The notes: generated from the letters alone by a model not told the origin. A stretch of DNA of 64,000 nucleotides from an uncultured Pseudomonadota bacterium (GCA_903829815.1 CAIKRR010000017.1:18502-82501), one strand, 5' to 3'; positions 30,448 through 41,629 are shown, counted from the first letter of the stretch. Numbers and translations: made by a program.

Positions 30448-31701
30448 ATGAATCCTGTAGATCCTTCCCGTCGCGGGCCGGCTCCGTCGACCGAATTTCC
30501 GCGCATCAAGCGCCTGCCGCCGTATGTCTTCAACATTACCGCCGAACTGAAGCAGGCCGCACGCCGGCGTGGCGAGGATGTCATCGATCTGTCGATGGGC
30601 AACCCGGATGGCCCGACCCCGCCTCACATCGTCGAAAAACTGGTCGAGACGGTGTCGCGCACTGACACCCACGGCTACTCGGTCTCCAAGGGCATACCGC
30701 GTCTGCGTCGCGCCATCACCAACTGGTATGGGCGTCGTTATGACGTCGATCTGGATCCGGACAGCGAAGCCATCGTCACGATCGGCTCCAAGGAGGGCCT
30801 GGCCCACCTCATGCTCGCCACCCTGGACCGGGGTGACACGGTACTGGTACCCAACCCGAGCTATCCGATCCACATTTATGGCGCGATCATTGCCGGGGCC
30901 GACATCCGCTCGGTCCGCATGACGCCCGGGGTCGATTTCTTCGCTGAACTGGAGCGCGCGATTCGCGAGAGCTTCCCCAAGCCGAAGATGATGATTCTCG
31001 GTTTCCCCTCCAACCCGACTGCGCAATGCGTCGATCTCGACTTTTTCGAGCGCGTGGTTGCCCTGGCACGCGAGCACGGCATCTTCGTCGTGCACGACCT
31101 GGCCTATGCCGACATCGTCTATGACGATTACCAGGCCCCCTCGATCATGCAGGTGCCCGGTGCTCGCGATGTGGCTGTCGAGTTCTTCACGATGTCCAAG
31201 AGCTACAACATGGCCGGATGGCGCATCGGTTTCATGGTGGGCAACCGCGAACTGGTCTCGGCTCTGGCTCGTATCAAGAGCTATCACGATTACGGCACGT
31301 TCACGCCGATCCAGGTTGCATCGATCGTGGCGCTCGAAGGGCCCCAGGCGTGTGTCGAGGAAACCCGACTGAAGTACCAGCGCCGCCGTGACGTGATGGT
31401 GAAAGGCCTGCACGAGGTCGGCTGGATGGTCGAGAATCCGCGCGCTTCGATGTACATCTGGGCTGAAATTCCCGAACCTTACCGGGCGATGGGCTCGCTC
31501 GAATTCGCCAAGAAGATTCTCGATGAGGCCAAGGTTGCGGTCTCACCCGGGATCGGTTTTGGCGAATACGGTGACTCGCATATCCGCATTGCCCTCATCG
31601 AGAACGAGGCGCGCATTCGTCAGGCCGTGCGTGGCATCAAGGACATGTTCCGCAAGGATGGCTACGTGCCGCGGACTGCGCCTCGACTGGTCTCGGCATG
31701 A
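30448..31701 (+). CDS. alaC: PLP-dependent aminotransferase (AlaC-type alanine transaminase)
   Basis: [49 protein letters not shown] closely resembles the E. coli AlaC N-terminus. The PLP lysine context is [12 protein letters not shown]. Confidence 0.85.
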   Translation: MNPVDPSRRGPAPSTEFPRIKRLPPYVFNITAELKQAARRRGEDVIDLSMGNPDGPTPPHIVEKLVETVSRTDTHGYSVSKGIPRLRRAITNWYGRRYDVDLDPDSEAIVTIGSKEGLAHLMLATLDRGDTVLVPNPSYPIHIYGAIIAGADIRSVRMTPGVDFFAELERAIRESFPKPKMMILGFPSNPTAQCVDLDFFERVVALAREHGIFVVHDLAYADIVYDDYQAPSIMQVPGARDVAVEFFTMSKSYNMAGWRIGFMVGNRELVSALARIKSYHDYGTFTPIQVASIVALEGPQACVEETRLKYQRRRDVMVKGLHEVGWMVENPRASMYIWAEIPEPYRAMGSLEFAKKILDEAKVAVSPGIGFGEYGDSHIRIALIENEARIRQAVRGIKDMFRKDGYVPRTAPRLVSA

Positions 31702-33071
31702 GCCACGAATCGGTTGATCCTGGCACCTCGAGTCAGGTGGGTGCAGGACGGTTGCGAGCGATCCAGGTGGGCTTGCTGGGTATCGGCACGGTGGGCGGTG
31801 GCACCTTTGCGGTGCTGGCCCGCAACCGGGAAGAGATTCGTCGTCGTGCCGGGCGGGCGATCTGCATTGCCACCGTGGCTGATCGTGACACCGCTCGCGC
31901 GGCCCAGGTGGTCGCTGCTTCAGGGGTCGATGCAGCGATCACCGCCGATGCCTGGTCGGTGGTGCAGGACCCGGCCATCGACATCGTGGTCGAGTTGATC
32001 GGTGGCTACACGATTGCGCGCGAACTGGTTCTGGCAGCGATTGCCGCCGGCAAGCACGTGGTGACCGCCAACAAGGCGCTCCTGGCCAAGCATGGCAACG
32101 AGATCTTTGCCGCGGCACGCGCAGCCGGCGTCATGGTGGCCTACGAGGCGGCCGTGGGTGGTGGCATTCCCATCATCAAGGCCTTGCGTGAAGGGCTGGC
32201 CGCCAATCGTATCGAATGGATTGCCGGGATCATCAACGGCACCAGCAACTTCATCCTGTCGGAAATGCGTGACAAGGGGCTGGCTTTCGAGACCGTGCTG
32301 CGCGAAGCGCAGGCGCTGGGCTATGCCGAGGCCGACCCCACCTTCGACATCGAGGGTATCGACGCTGCGCACAAGCTCACCCTGCTCTCGGCCATTGCCT
32401 TTGGCACACCGATTGAATTTGACCGCGCCCATGTCGAGGGCATCTCGAATCTGGATGCGCTCGATATCCGCTATGCCGCAGAGTTCGGCTACCGCATCAA
32501 GTTGCTGGGCATCACCCGGCGCACCCCGGCAGGCCTGGAGTTGCGGGTACACCCCACGCTCATCTCCGAACGCCGGCTGATCGCCAATGTCGAGGGCGTG
32601 ATGAATGCGGTGCTGGTAAAGGGCGATGCGGTGGGCTCGACCTTGTACTGCGGCGCCGGCGCGGGCGCCGAGCCGACGGCCAGCGCCGTCATTGCCGACC
32701 TCATCGATGTCGCACGCACCTTGAGCGCCGACCCCGAGCACCGGGTGCCGCATCTGGCCTTCCAGGCCGAGAGCATCACAGCGGTGCCTATCCTGCCGAT
32801 GGCCGATGTCCACACCAGTTGTTACCTTCGCATGCGTGTGCTTGACCGCCCCGGCGTGCTGGCCGATATCGCCCGCGCACTGGCCGATCAGGGGGTCTCT
32901 ATCGAGGCCATGGTGCAGAAGGAGCCCGGCGTGGGCGAGGCGAGTGTGGACATCATCATGCTCACCCATCCGACCATCGAGCGTTCGGTGGATGCTGCCA
33001 TCACGCTGATCGAGGCGCTTCCAGCCGTGCAGGGGCGGGTGACGCGTCTGCGACGCGAACCGCTCCTGTGA
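31698..33071 (+). CDS. hom: homoserine dehydrogenase
   Basis: [12 protein letters not shown] Rossmann fold, [11 protein letters not shown] and a C-terminal ACT domain. The ATG overlaps the alaC stop (ATGA). An in-frame TTG at 31752 would give a more typical length. Confidence 0.93.
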   Translation: MSHESVDPGTSSQVGAGRLRAIQVGLLGIGTVGGGTFAVLARNREEIRRRAGRAICIATVADRDTARAAQVVAASGVDAAITADAWSVVQDPAIDIVVELIGGYTIARELVLAAIAAGKHVVTANKALLAKHGNEIFAAARAAGVMVAYEAAVGGGIPIIKALREGLAANRIEWIAGIINGTSNFILSEMRDKGLAFETVLREAQALGYAEADPTFDIEGIDAAHKLTLLSAIAFGTPIEFDRAHVEGISNLDALDIRYAAEFGYRIKLLGITRRTPAGLELRVHPTLISERRLIANVEGVMNAVLVKGDAVGSTLYCGAGAGAEPTASAVIADLIDVARTLSADPEHRVPHLAFQAESITAVPILPMADVHTSCYLRMRVLDRPGVLADIARALADQGVSIEAMVQKEPGVGEASVDIIMLTHPTIERSVDAAITLIEALPAVQGRVTRLRREPLL

Positions 33072-33077
33072 TCTGAC

Positions 33078-34487
33078 ATGCACTACATCAGCACCCGCGG
33101 CGGGGCAGCGCCGCAAACCTTTACCGACATCCTGCTCGAGGGCCTGGCACCGGACGGTGGCTTGTACATGCCGCAGAGCGTTCCGCGTTTCAGCGCAGCC
33201 GATCTCGATCGACTGCGCGGCCTGGACTATGCCGATCTGGCCTTCGAGATCGTGTCGCGGTTTGCGCCTGAGTGGGATGCGTCGGACTTGCGCGCCTGCA
33301 CCCGTCGAGCCTATTCGGTCGAGCGCTTCGGTGACCTGGCCATCACGCCCTTGCACACGCTTGCGCCCGATCTGCATCTGTTGCGCCTGTCCAATGGGCC
33401 GACCCTTGCCTTCAAGGATGTGGCGATGCAACTCCTGGGCGAGTTGTTCGAGTCACTCCTTGCGCGGCGCGGCCAGGGTCTGAACATTCTGGGGGCCACC
33501 TCGGGCGATACCGGGTCGGCGGCCGAGTACGCCATGCGCGGCAAGCGTGGCGTGCGGGTGTTCATGCTCTCGCCTCAGGGGCGCATGAGCCCCTTCCAGG
33601 CGGCACAGATGTACAGCTTGCAGGACGCCAACATCCACAACATCGCTATCCGTGGTGTGTTCGATGACTGCCAGGATATCGTCAAGCTGATTGGCGCCGA
33701 TGCCGATTTCAAGTCGCGCCATCAGATCGGTACCGTCAACTCGATCAACTGGGCGCGTGTCGCCGCACAGGTGGTCTATTACTTCAAGGGCTGGTTTGCC
33801 GCGACGACTGCGAACGATCAGGCGGTGTCCTTCGCGGTGCCCTCGGGCAACTTCGGCAACATCTACGCGGGCTGGGTGGCACGGGCGATGGGCCTGCCGG
33901 TGCGACGGTTCATGGTCGCCACCAACGAGAATAATGTGCTCGAGGAGTTCTTCCGCAGCGGATGCTATCGGGTGCGCGAGGCCTCCGAAGTGCATTACAC
34001 CTCGAGCCCCTCGATGGACATCTCGAAGTCCTCGAACTTCGAACGCTACATGTTCGACATGGTGGGGGCCGACCCGGTGCGCCTCGCTGCGCTGTGGGCC
34101 GAACTGGACCGAACCGGTGCTTTCGACATCGGCGGCACGCCGCTCTTCGAGGCGGTGCGGGCGAGTGGTTTCGTGGCCGGCACCAGCAGCCACGCCGATC
34201 GTCTGGCGACGATCCGGCAGATCGAGGCCCGTCACGGGTTGGTGGTTGACCCGCATACCGCCAATGGTCTGGCGACCGGCCTGCAACTGCGCGAAGCCGG
34301 CGAGCGTCTGCTCTGCCTCGAGACCGCGTTGCCAGCCAAGTTTGCCCAAACCATTCATGAAGCCCTGGGGCGTGATCCCGATCGGCCTCGTGGCCATGAG
34401 CGCATCGAGTCGTTGCCTCAGCGCGTGACGGTGCTGGATGCTGACGCAGCACAGGTGCGTCGATACATTGAGGAACATACCCGGTGA
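33078..34487 (+). CDS. thrC: threonine synthase
   Basis: MHYISTRGGAAPQTFTDILLEGLAPDGGLYMP, followed by GPTLAFKDVAMQ (PLP lysine). Confidence 0.95.
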   Translation: MHYISTRGGAAPQTFTDILLEGLAPDGGLYMPQSVPRFSAADLDRLRGLDYADLAFEIVSRFAPEWDASDLRACTRRAYSVERFGDLAITPLHTLAPDLHLLRLSNGPTLAFKDVAMQLLGELFESLLARRGQGLNILGATSGDTGSAAEYAMRGKRGVRVFMLSPQGRMSPFQAAQMYSLQDANIHNIAIRGVFDDCQDIVKLIGADADFKSRHQIGTVNSINWARVAAQVVYYFKGWFAATTANDQAVSFAVPSGNFGNIYAGWVARAMGLPVRRFMVATNENNVLEEFFRSGCYRVREASEVHYTSSPSMDISKSSNFERYMFDMVGADPVRLAALWAELDRTGAFDIGGTPLFEAVRASGFVAGTSSHADRLATIRQIEARHGLVVDPHTANGLATGLQLREAGERLLCLETALPAKFAQTIHEALGRDPDRPRGHERIESLPQRVTVLDADAAQVRRYIEEHTR

Positions 34488-34873
34488 GCGAGCCCGAGGC
34501 CGTATCCACCGAGCGCAACGTGCTCGGCGAACCGCTGCTTGCATGCAGTTTCTCGCCGCTGACCGGTTATTTTCGTGACGGCAGTTGCGCGATGAATGGC
34601 GTGTCCGATGTCGCACACCTGGTCTGCGTGAAGGTGACGGCCGAGTTCCTTGCCTTCAGCGTGAGCAGGGGCAATGACCTTGTCACGCCGCGACCCGAGT
34701 TGCGCTTCCGCGGCCTCAAACCGGGCGATCGGTGGTGCCTGCACGTACTGCGCTGGGTCGAAGCGTGGGAGAACGGCATGTCGCCCCGCGTGGTGCTCGA
34801 GTCGACCCACGAGCGTGTGCTCAAATACGCGCCGCTCTCGGCGCTCAGGCGACACGCCGCCGACGGGCCCTGA
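34484..34873 (+). CDS. DUF2237 family protein
   Basis: NVLGEPLLACSFSPLTGYFRDGSC ... VCVKVTAEFLAFS ... GDRWCLHVLRW. GTG start overlaps the thrC stop (GTGA). Confidence 0.8.
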   Translation: MSEPEAVSTERNVLGEPLLACSFSPLTGYFRDGSCAMNGVSDVAHLVCVKVTAEFLAFSVSRGNDLVTPRPELRFRGLKPGDRWCLHVLRWVEAWENGMSPRVVLESTHERVLKYAPLSALRRHAADGP

Positions 34874-35198
34874 ACGACCGCCTCCGGGCCAGGAAGCGGT
34901 TGCCCGGAGCCAGGGAGGGTCGATCAGGATGTCAATGCGCGACCTGGCGCTGTGTCTGACGCCATCGCGCGCCCTCGCTGGGCATTGACCGCAAGCTTGA
35001 GCAGACTGCTCGTCCCTTTGGAGGATGAGGTGAGCGCATGTCTGTCGATTCGAATGCCATTCTGGCTTGCGCTGAGGCTGCGCGCCTGCTCGCGCTGATG
35101 AGCGGTGCATTGCCGGGCGAGGCCGACTGTCTGGCCTGCTCGGTGGCAGGCTCGCGCCGCGGTCCTGCGTCTTGCACGGGGCGGCCCGACAGCCTGGG

Positions 35199-36251
35199 TC
35201 AGGGCGCCGCCTCGAGCGACATCGCCTGACCCTGCATCGGCATGAAGGGACGTGCCTGGCGCGTATCGATCGTTACCTTTACCCAACTGACGGCAGGCGA
35301 GCCGGGTACCTCGAGGCGCCAGGCATTGGGTACGATGTGCCCTTCTTCATCGCGCAGGGCCTGATTGAACTGGTAGCTGTGGGTATCCCCGTGCACCAGC
35401 AGGAACGGTGCGTTGAATGCGCGTACCAGCGCGAGCAGGTCGGCCTTGAATCCGTGGAATCCGTCGCGTCGGGCGATCGGGCCTTCGCGGGCACGATCGA
35501 GCAAGGGGTTGGCGTGGATGAACAGCACCATGGCAGCCGATTGGCGCGACCTGGCCGAGGCGAGCGCATGGTCGAGCCAGCGTCGGTTGGCCCGCATGCG
35601 CTGCTCGCGTTCGAGGTCGGGGTCAGCCGGACGACTCATGTTGTTGTTGCTGCCCGGCAGGTTGATGGCGACAAAGGTGATGCGAGCGTCGTGCCACAGA
35701 CGATTTTCAGGCAGCGCCAGTGGGTCGCGGGCGTCGTTTGCCTGGCGTTCGAGGCCGAAGGTGGCCGGCAGAGGCGGCCAGCCATCGAGCATTCGCTTGC
35801 GCCAGAAGGCGAGTCGTTCCAGCGGGTCGTAGCGGCCGGCTTCCGGGCGATGGCAGTCGGTCCACTCGTTGTCGCCCGGGGTCAGGATGAAGGGTTTCCG
35901 GATCTGTTCGAGCTGTCGCCGACGCTCGAGCAGCAGTTCGTCTGAGCAGGCCGATTGACCGCTCTTGATGTCGCCCACGTGGACGATGAAGTCGACAGCG
36001 GCCCGGTTCAGGGTTGGTATCATGCGATCCAGCGCGCGCTCCTCGGCCAGCGAGTAGGGCGTGTCGCCAAATACCGCGAAGCTCATGGGCGGCGGACTGT
36101 CGCCGGTGGTGGCGGTCGATGCCGTTGCAGCCGATGCTGCTGCGGACGCTGCCGTTCCTTGCGGTGCCTGTGCACAAGCGGCGAGGCTGCCGGCCAGCAC
36201 GCTGGCGGCGAGGGTCATCCGGGTCAGTGGCATGGCTCGGCTCATGGTCAT
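35199..36251 (-). CDS. calcineurin-like metallophosphoesterase, predicted lipoprotein
   Basis: Lipobox LAGSLAAC. Phosphoesterase motifs [20 protein letters not shown] and VHGDTH. The ATG overlaps the mutS stop (ATGA). Confidence 0.8.
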   Translation of the reverse strand: MTMSRAMPLTRMTLAASVLAGSLAACAQAPQGTAASAAASAATASTATTGDSPPPMSFAVFGDTPYSLAEERALDRMIPTLNRAAVDFIVHVGDIKSGQSACSDELLLERRRQLEQIRKPFILTPGDNEWTDCHRPEAGRYDPLERLAFWRKRMLDGWPPLPATFGLERQANDARDPLALPENRLWHDARITFVAINLPGSNNNMSRPADPDLEREQRMRANRRWLDHALASARSRQSAAMVLFIHANPLLDRAREGPIARRDGFHGFKADLLALVRAFNAPFLLVHGDTHSYQFNQALRDEEGHIVPNAWRLEVPGSPAVSWVKVTIDTRQARPFMPMQGQAMSLEAAP

Positions 36252-38830
36252 GCCTTCTTCAATTGATACAAGGCCTCGAGCGCCTCGCGTGGCGAGAGCT
36301 CATCGGGTTCGATCGACTCGAGCAGGTCCAGCGCTGGGTGCCGCGCGGGATCGGGGGGCAAGGGCGCCGCTGCAAACAGGTCGCTTTGCGGTCCGCGCTG
36401 CAGGCTCTGGTCTTCGAGTTCCTGCAACTTGCGCCGCGCTGCCCGGATGACCGGGCCGGGAACGCCGGCCAGTTGTGCGACGGCCAGCCCATAGCTCTGG
36501 CTCGCGGGCCCGTCTTCGAGCGCGTGCAGGAACACGATCGAATCGCGGTGCTCCACGGCATCCAGGTGCACATTGGCCAGTTGCCTGAATTCCTGCGCCA
36601 GTTGGGTGAGCTCGAAGTAGTGGGTTGCAAAGAGCGTGTGTGATCGGCTGCGCTCGACCAGATGCCGTGCGATCGCCCAGGCCAGGGCAAGGCCATCGAA
36701 GGTGGAGGTGCCACGCCCCACCTCGTCCATCAGCACCAGACTTTGTTCGGTGGCGTGATGCAGGATCTGCGCGCTTTCGGTCATCTCGACCATGAAAGTC
36801 GACCGACCACCTGCCAGGTCGTCGGCCGCGCCGATACGGGTGAAGATCTGGTCGATGGGGCCAAGGCGCATCCGCGCCGCAGGCACGGGGGAACCCACCT
36901 GCGCGAGGAGCACCAGCAGCGCTATCTGGCGCATGTAGGTCGACTTGCCGCCCATGTTCGGCCCGGTGATGAGCAGCATGCGGCGCGTGCTGCCCAGCCT
37001 GCAGTCGTTGGCGATGAAATGCTCGACCTGATCTTCCACCACCGGGTGGCGTCCCTGCTCGATCTCGATCAACGATTCGCCGACAAGCGCAGGCCTTACC
37101 CAGCCGCGTCGGCTCGCGATGGCGGCCAGGGTTGCGAGGACATCGATCGTGGCGATCGCCTGCCCGATGGCTTGCAGCGCCACCACGTCGAGCGAAAGCG
37201 CTTCGAGCACGCCCTCGTACAGGGACTTCTCCAGGGCAAGCGCACGGTCATTGGCCGACAGCGCGCGGTCCTCGAAGGTCTTCAGTTCAGGGGTGATGTA
37301 GCGTTCGGCGTTCTTCAGCGTCTGGCGCCGACGGTAATCGTCGGGAATGCGGTCTGTATTGGCATGGGTGACCTCGATGTAGTACCCATGCACCCGGTTG
37401 TATTCGACCTTGAGCGATGCGATGCCGGTGCGTTCGCGCTCACGCTGCTCCATCTGCAACAGGAATTCGCCGCTGCCCTGCTGCAGGCCGCGCAGTTCGT
37501 CCAGGGCCGGGTCGTAGCCTGCAGCAATCACGCCGCCATCACGGACCATCGCGGCGGGCTCCGGGGCAATCGCGCGTGCCAGCAGTGCGGTGGCCGCGAG
37601 TGGCTGGCCCAGGATGCCTGCCTCGCGCTCGAGCAGGGGATCGCTCGCGCCGACCAGGCTCGCCTGCAGCATCGGCAGCCGCGCGAGCGTATCGCGCAGC
37701 GCTGCGAGTTCGCGCGGTCTGGCACTTTTGAGCGCAATGCGTGCCGCGATGCGTTCGACGTCGGCGATGCTGCGCAGTTGCGACCGCAAGGCAGTCGGTT
37801 CGCCGAGCGTTGCGATGGCAGACTGCCGGCTCTGTACCAGGCTGTGCGCGCGCGGCGGGTGGTGCAGCCAGTGGCGCAGCAGGCGCGAGCCCATCGATGT
37901 GGCGCACTCATCGAGCAGTCTGAAGAGCGTGGGGCCGCTCGTGCCGCGCAGCGTCTCGGTGATTTCGAGGTTGCGCCGGGTTGCCGCATCCATGCGCAGG
38001 TATTCGCTCTCATCGTCGCGTGTGATCGCGGTGATGTGGGCGATCGATTGACCCTGGGTATGCCTTGCGTAGCCAAGCAGCGCTCCCGCAGCGCCTTGTG
38101 CCAGGGGCAGCTCGGCAATGCCGAAGCCCTCGAGGGTTGCGGTGCGGAACTGCTCGCACAAGGCACGGGCGCCGCTGTCCGCATCGAAGTGCCACAGCGG
38201 CAGTCGCGTGGTGGTGACTCCAGGCGGCAAGCCGGCCAGCGCCTCATCGGCCAGCAGAATTTCGGCAGCCCCCACCCGCTCCAGCGTGCTGGCCAGGCGT
38301 GACAGTGGCACCTCGGTGACGCGAAATGCACCGCTCGTGAGTGTCAGCCAGGCAATGCCTGCCGTGCTGCGATCGACTGCAACGGCCAGCAGGATGCTGT
38401 CGGATTTGTCATCGAGGAGCGAGGCATCGGTGAGGGTGCCGGGGGTGACGATGCGCACAACCTTGCGTTCAACCGGCCCCTTGCTCGTGGCCGGGTCGCC
38501 GATCTGCTCGCAGATGGCGACCGATTCGCCCAGTTTCACCAGCCTGGCCAGATAGCCATCGAGCGCATGAAAGGGAACGCCCGCCATCGGAATCGGCGCG
38601 CCGGCCGATGTGCCTCGTGCAGTGAGGGTGATGTCGAGCAGGCGAGCTGCCCGTTCGGCATCGGCGAAGAACAGTTCGTAGAAGTCGCCCATCCGATAAA
38701 GCAGCAGTGTCTCCGGATGATCGGCCTTCAGCCGCAGGTACTGCTGCATCATGGGGGTGTGGGCGGAGAAGTCTTGCGTTTCCCTCTGGGAAGTAGCTTG
38801 TTTTTCGTTGTTTTCAGAGGGAGATGTCAT
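36248..38830 (-). CDS. mutS: DNA mismatch repair protein MutS
   Basis: [31 protein letters not shown], Walker [10 protein letters not shown] and [13 protein letters not shown]. 860 aa. Confidence 0.97.
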   Translation of the reverse strand: MTSPSENNEKQATSQRETQDFSAHTPMMQQYLRLKADHPETLLLYRMGDFYELFFADAERAARLLDITLTARGTSAGAPIPMAGVPFHALDGYLARLVKLGESVAICEQIGDPATSKGPVERKVVRIVTPGTLTDASLLDDKSDSILLAVAVDRSTAGIAWLTLTSGAFRVTEVPLSRLASTLERVGAAEILLADEALAGLPPGVTTTRLPLWHFDADSGARALCEQFRTATLEGFGIAELPLAQGAAGALLGYARHTQGQSIAHITAITRDDESEYLRMDAATRRNLEITETLRGTSGPTLFRLLDECATSMGSRLLRHWLHHPPRAHSLVQSRQSAIATLGEPTALRSQLRSIADVERIAARIALKSARPRELAALRDTLARLPMLQASLVGASDPLLEREAGILGQPLAATALLARAIAPEPAAMVRDGGVIAAGYDPALDELRGLQQGSGEFLLQMEQRERERTGIASLKVEYNRVHGYYIEVTHANTDRIPDDYRRRQTLKNAERYITPELKTFEDRALSANDRALALEKSLYEGVLEALSLDVVALQAIGQAIATIDVLATLAAIASRRGWVRPALVGESLIEIEQGRHPVVEDQVEHFIANDCRLGSTRRMLLITGPNMGGKSTYMRQIALLVLLAQVGSPVPAARMRLGPIDQIFTRIGAADDLAGGRSTFMVEMTESAQILHHATEQSLVLMDEVGRGTSTFDGLALAWAIARHLVERSRSHTLFATHYFELTQLAQEFRQLANVHLDAVEHRDSIVFLHALEDGPASQSYGLAVAQLAGVPGPVIRAARRKLQELEDQSLQRGPQSDLFAAAPLPPDPARHPALDLLESIEPDELSPREALEALYQLKKA

Positions 38831-38909
38831 CTTTGTCTATTGAGCCATGTTGTCCTGTGTTGTGCCTCTGATGCGCCATGTCGATCCGCCAGGTGCGACG
38901 TCCCCCCGC

Positions 38910-39128
38910 TTTGAGTAGCGGTTGGGTTCAGAGTCTCCCGGGCATTGTAAGGGCCTTGTCGGCCAGTTGCCTGGCGTAGGCTGCCGGAGGCAGCGCACCC
39001 AGTTCCTTGATCGCCACGTCCGCCTCGGCCTCCTTCAGGAATCCGATGATCTGCTCTTCGGTAAACCGCTTCTTCACGTCCGATCTCCTTCCCCAGGGCC
39101 GGACTCTGATCCTGCGTGCCACTCAAAA
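38910..39128 (-). mobile_element. IS3-family-derived miniature remnant (both terminal inverted repeats plus about 25 codons of orfA)
   Basis: The minus strand has AAGGAGA, then 6 nt, then GTG, encoding VKKRFTEEQIIGFLKEAEADVAIKEL. This is an IS3 OrfA HTH N-terminus that then diverges and stops. The imperfect inverted ends are TGAGTAGCGGTTGGGTTCAGAGTC (38912 onward, + strand) and TGAGTGGCACGCAGGATCAGAGTC (39125 downward, - strand), matching at 17 of 24 positions. Confidence 0.6.
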
Positions 39129-39292
39129 CCGGGGCGACGTCGCTGGCATGGGCAGATCCGGACCGGGGCTGAGCTGAAATCCGGTCACAATACGGGTCAG
39201 GAAGAGGCGCGCGGGTGGTCCGAAGGGCTGTCATGCGCGAGTGCAAGCGTGGCGGGCGGTGTCGGCGGCGCCTGTCGCGGGGGAGGGTAACG

Positions 39293-40315
39293 ATGAACTT
39301 TCTGACTGGATTCTGGTACGCAGCTGGCTGGTCTTCCGAGATCACCACTCGGCCCCTGGCGCGGCGCATTCTCGATCAGCCGGTGGTGCTCTATCGCACC
39401 GAGGGTGGCCAGGCGGTGGCGCTCGACGATTGCTGCCCGCACCGGATGGTGCCGCTCTCCTACGGCACGGTCGAGGGCGAGAGCCTGCGCTGCGGCTATC
39501 ACGGGCTGCGCTTTGATTGCGCCGGGCGTTGCGTTGAAGTGCCGGGTCAGACCAGCATTCCGCCGCGTGCAAGGGTGCGGGCCTGGCCGCTGGTCGAACG
39601 CTGGCAGTTTGCCTGGGTCTGGATGGGGAACCCCGAGGCGGCAGACCCGGCGCTCATTCCCGACTTGCCCTGGCTGGATTCGCCCCAGTGGACCTGTGCC
39701 ACCGGTTGCGTGACCTATGCCTGCAACTACGTGCTGCTGCTCGACAACCTCATCGACCTCTCCCACACCAGCTTCGTGCATCGAAGCACCATCGGTACCG
39801 ATGCGGTGGCGCGCACACCGGTGAAGACTGCGGCCGAGGGCGACTGTGTCCGGGTCGAGCGCGAGATGCACGACACCGAGCCTTCCAGGCTCTACCAGAA
39901 GGCGGGCGACTTCAAGGGGCGCGTCGATCGCTGGCAGCGGATCGACTACTGGCCGCCCAGCCGTGTCGTGATCGATGCTGGCGCAGTGTCGGTCGACCCT
40001 GCCGAGGATGGGCGTCGCATCAACACCCGGGTCATCAACATCATCACGCCCGAGACTTCGCGCAGCACGTTTCACTTCTGGGCATTTGCGCGTGACTTCA
40101 AGCTCGATGATCGGTCGATGACCGATTTCATTGGCGATTCACTGCTTGTCACCTTCAATGAAGACCGGGTGCTCATCGATCATCAGCAGCGCATGCTCGA
40201 TGAGCGTCCGCAGCAGCGCATGCTCGACAACAGTGCCGATCTGGGTGTCGTGCTGGCGCGACGGATGATCGATCGGCTGTTGCGCGATCAGGCGGCGGCC
40301 TCTGGCGCGGACTGA
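39293..40315 (+). CDS. Rieske (2Fe-2S) oxygenase, VanA/class IA-like alpha subunit
   Basis: Rieske motif CPH-x16-CGYH. Iron motif DLSHTSFVH (H-x4-H). ATG at 39293 preceded by GGGAGG. Confidence 0.85.
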   Translation: MNFLTGFWYAAGWSSEITTRPLARRILDQPVVLYRTEGGQAVALDDCCPHRMVPLSYGTVEGESLRCGYHGLRFDCAGRCVEVPGQTSIPPRARVRAWPLVERWQFAWVWMGNPEAADPALIPDLPWLDSPQWTCATGCVTYACNYVLLLDNLIDLSHTSFVHRSTIGTDAVARTPVKTAAEGDCVRVEREMHDTEPSRLYQKAGDFKGRVDRWQRIDYWPPSRVVIDAGAVSVDPAEDGRRINTRVINIITPETSRSTFHFWAFARDFKLDDRSMTDFIGDSLLVTFNEDRVLIDHQQRMLDERPQQRMLDNSADLGVVLARRMIDRLLRDQAAASGAD

Positions 40316-41625
40316 TCGCGCAACAGTCGATGCCGCAAGCGCCAGCCGACCCAGACGGCTCCGGCAAGGTTGCCGATCGCGAGGGTGACGAAGAGACTGC
40401 TCAGGTGCGCACCTCGGGCCAGGGCCGTACCGGCCAGACCTGAGCCTGCGACCATGAAGAGCGCATTGACGATGTTGTTGGTGGCGATGGTGCGTGAGCG
40501 ATGGCTCTGGCTGGCATGCGCCTGCATGAGGGTATAGAGCGGTACGATGAACAGGCCACCACACGCGCCGATCATGAGCAGATCGGCCATCAGGTGCAGG
40601 GATCCCGGGCTCGCCAGCATCCGGGCGATGTCCAGCCCTTGCTCGCCGATCACGCCGGTGTGGGTGGCCGGGGTTGTCAGTGCCAGATCGATGCCGAATA
40701 CGCTCAGGCCGAGTGCGCCGGCCAGTGGCCAGAGCGCCGCCCAAGTGCGGCGCGGCAAACGCGTGCAGAGTATCGAGCCTGCGCTGACCCCGAGCGTGAA
40801 GCCGGTGAGCATCAGGGTCACGCTTGACTCGCCGCCGCCCAGGGCCTGTCGGGCCAAGGCCGGGATCTGCGCAAGCAGTACTGCGCCATAGAGCCAGAAC
40901 CACGAGATGCCCAGCGTTGCCAGCCGTATCGTTTCATCGTCGGCCAGACGGCGCAGGCTGCGCCATGTTTCGCCCAGCGCCTGCAACGGGGCGTTCAGGG
41001 CGGCCGGATCGGCCGGCGCCGGCGGTATCGCACGACTGGTGCAGTAGCCAAGCAGGGCAATGGCAAGGCCGCCTGCGAAGATCGCGGGGCCCGCCTTCGG
41101 GTGTGCTGCGAGCACGCCCCCGAGTATCGTGCCTGCCAGTATGGCGATGAAGGTGCCGGCTTCGATGAGCGCGTTGCCGGCGGTGAGTTCGTGGGGGTTG
41201 AGGTGTTGCGGCAAGATGGCGTACTTTACCGGCCCGAAGAAGGTGGAGTGCAGTCCGAGCAGGCCGATCGCGCCCAGCAGCACGGTCAGGCTGTGCAGCG
41301 CAAAGCCTGCGCCGGCCACCAGAACGATGAGGATTTCGAGGGCTTTTACCCGCCGGGCAATCAGCGCCTTGTCGTGCCGATCGGCCAGCTGGCCCGCCAG
41401 TGCCGAGAACAGGAAGAAGGGCAGGATGAAGAGGCCCCCTGCCAGATTGGCGAGCACGCCAGCGTCGAGCGAGGTCCATGCCGCGGTCTGGAAGGTGAGG
41501 AGGATCACCGTTGCTGCCTTGAGCACGTTGTCGTTGAGCGCGCCGAGAAACTGGGTGGCAAAGAGCGGCAGGAAACGGCGACTGCCGAGCAGTTGCAGCA
41601 TGGCGTGGTGGGGTGCCTCAGCCAT
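40288..41625 (-). CDS. MFS transporter, LplT (lysophospholipid transporter)-like
   Basis: N-terminus LLGSRRFLPLFATQFLGALNDNVLK is typical of LplT-type MFS proteins. About 12 hydrophobic segments. ATG at 41625. Confidence 0.75.
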   Translation of the reverse strand: MAEAPHHAMLQLLGSRRFLPLFATQFLGALNDNVLKAATVILLTFQTAAWTSLDAGVLANLAGGLFILPFFLFSALAGQLADRHDKALIARRVKALEILIVLVAGAGFALHSLTVLLGAIGLLGLHSTFFGPVKYAILPQHLNPHELTAGNALIEAGTFIAILAGTILGGVLAAHPKAGPAIFAGGLAIALLGYCTSRAIPPAPADPAALNAPLQALGETWRSLRRLADDETIRLATLGISWFWLYGAVLLAQIPALARQALGGGESSVTLMLTGFTLGVSAGSILCTRLPRRTWAALWPLAGALGLSVFGIDLALTTPATHTGVIGEQGLDIARMLASPGSLHLMADLLMIGACGGLFIVPLYTLMQAHASQSHRSRTIATNNIVNALFMVAGSGLAGTALARGAHLSSLFVTLAIGNLAGAVWVGWRLRHRLLRDQSAPEAAA

Positions 41626-41629
41626 CGTC

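Noticed and set aside
35038-35229. 63-aa ORF (MSVDSNAILACAEAARLL...) in the long convergent intergenic gap
   Set aside because: The GGAGG is about 14 nt from the ATG. Third-position GC is lower than in neighbouring genes by my codon-by-codon read. It has no family resemblance, and its end overlaps the 3' end of the phosphoesterase gene. A real small protein is not excluded, but it is unsupported.
38922-39290. 122-aa plus-strand ORF across the mutS-upstream region
   Set aside because: It runs antisense through the IS3 remnant, is Gly/Arg-rich and has no start context. The minus-strand IS3 OrfA fragment with its strong SD explains the sequence better.
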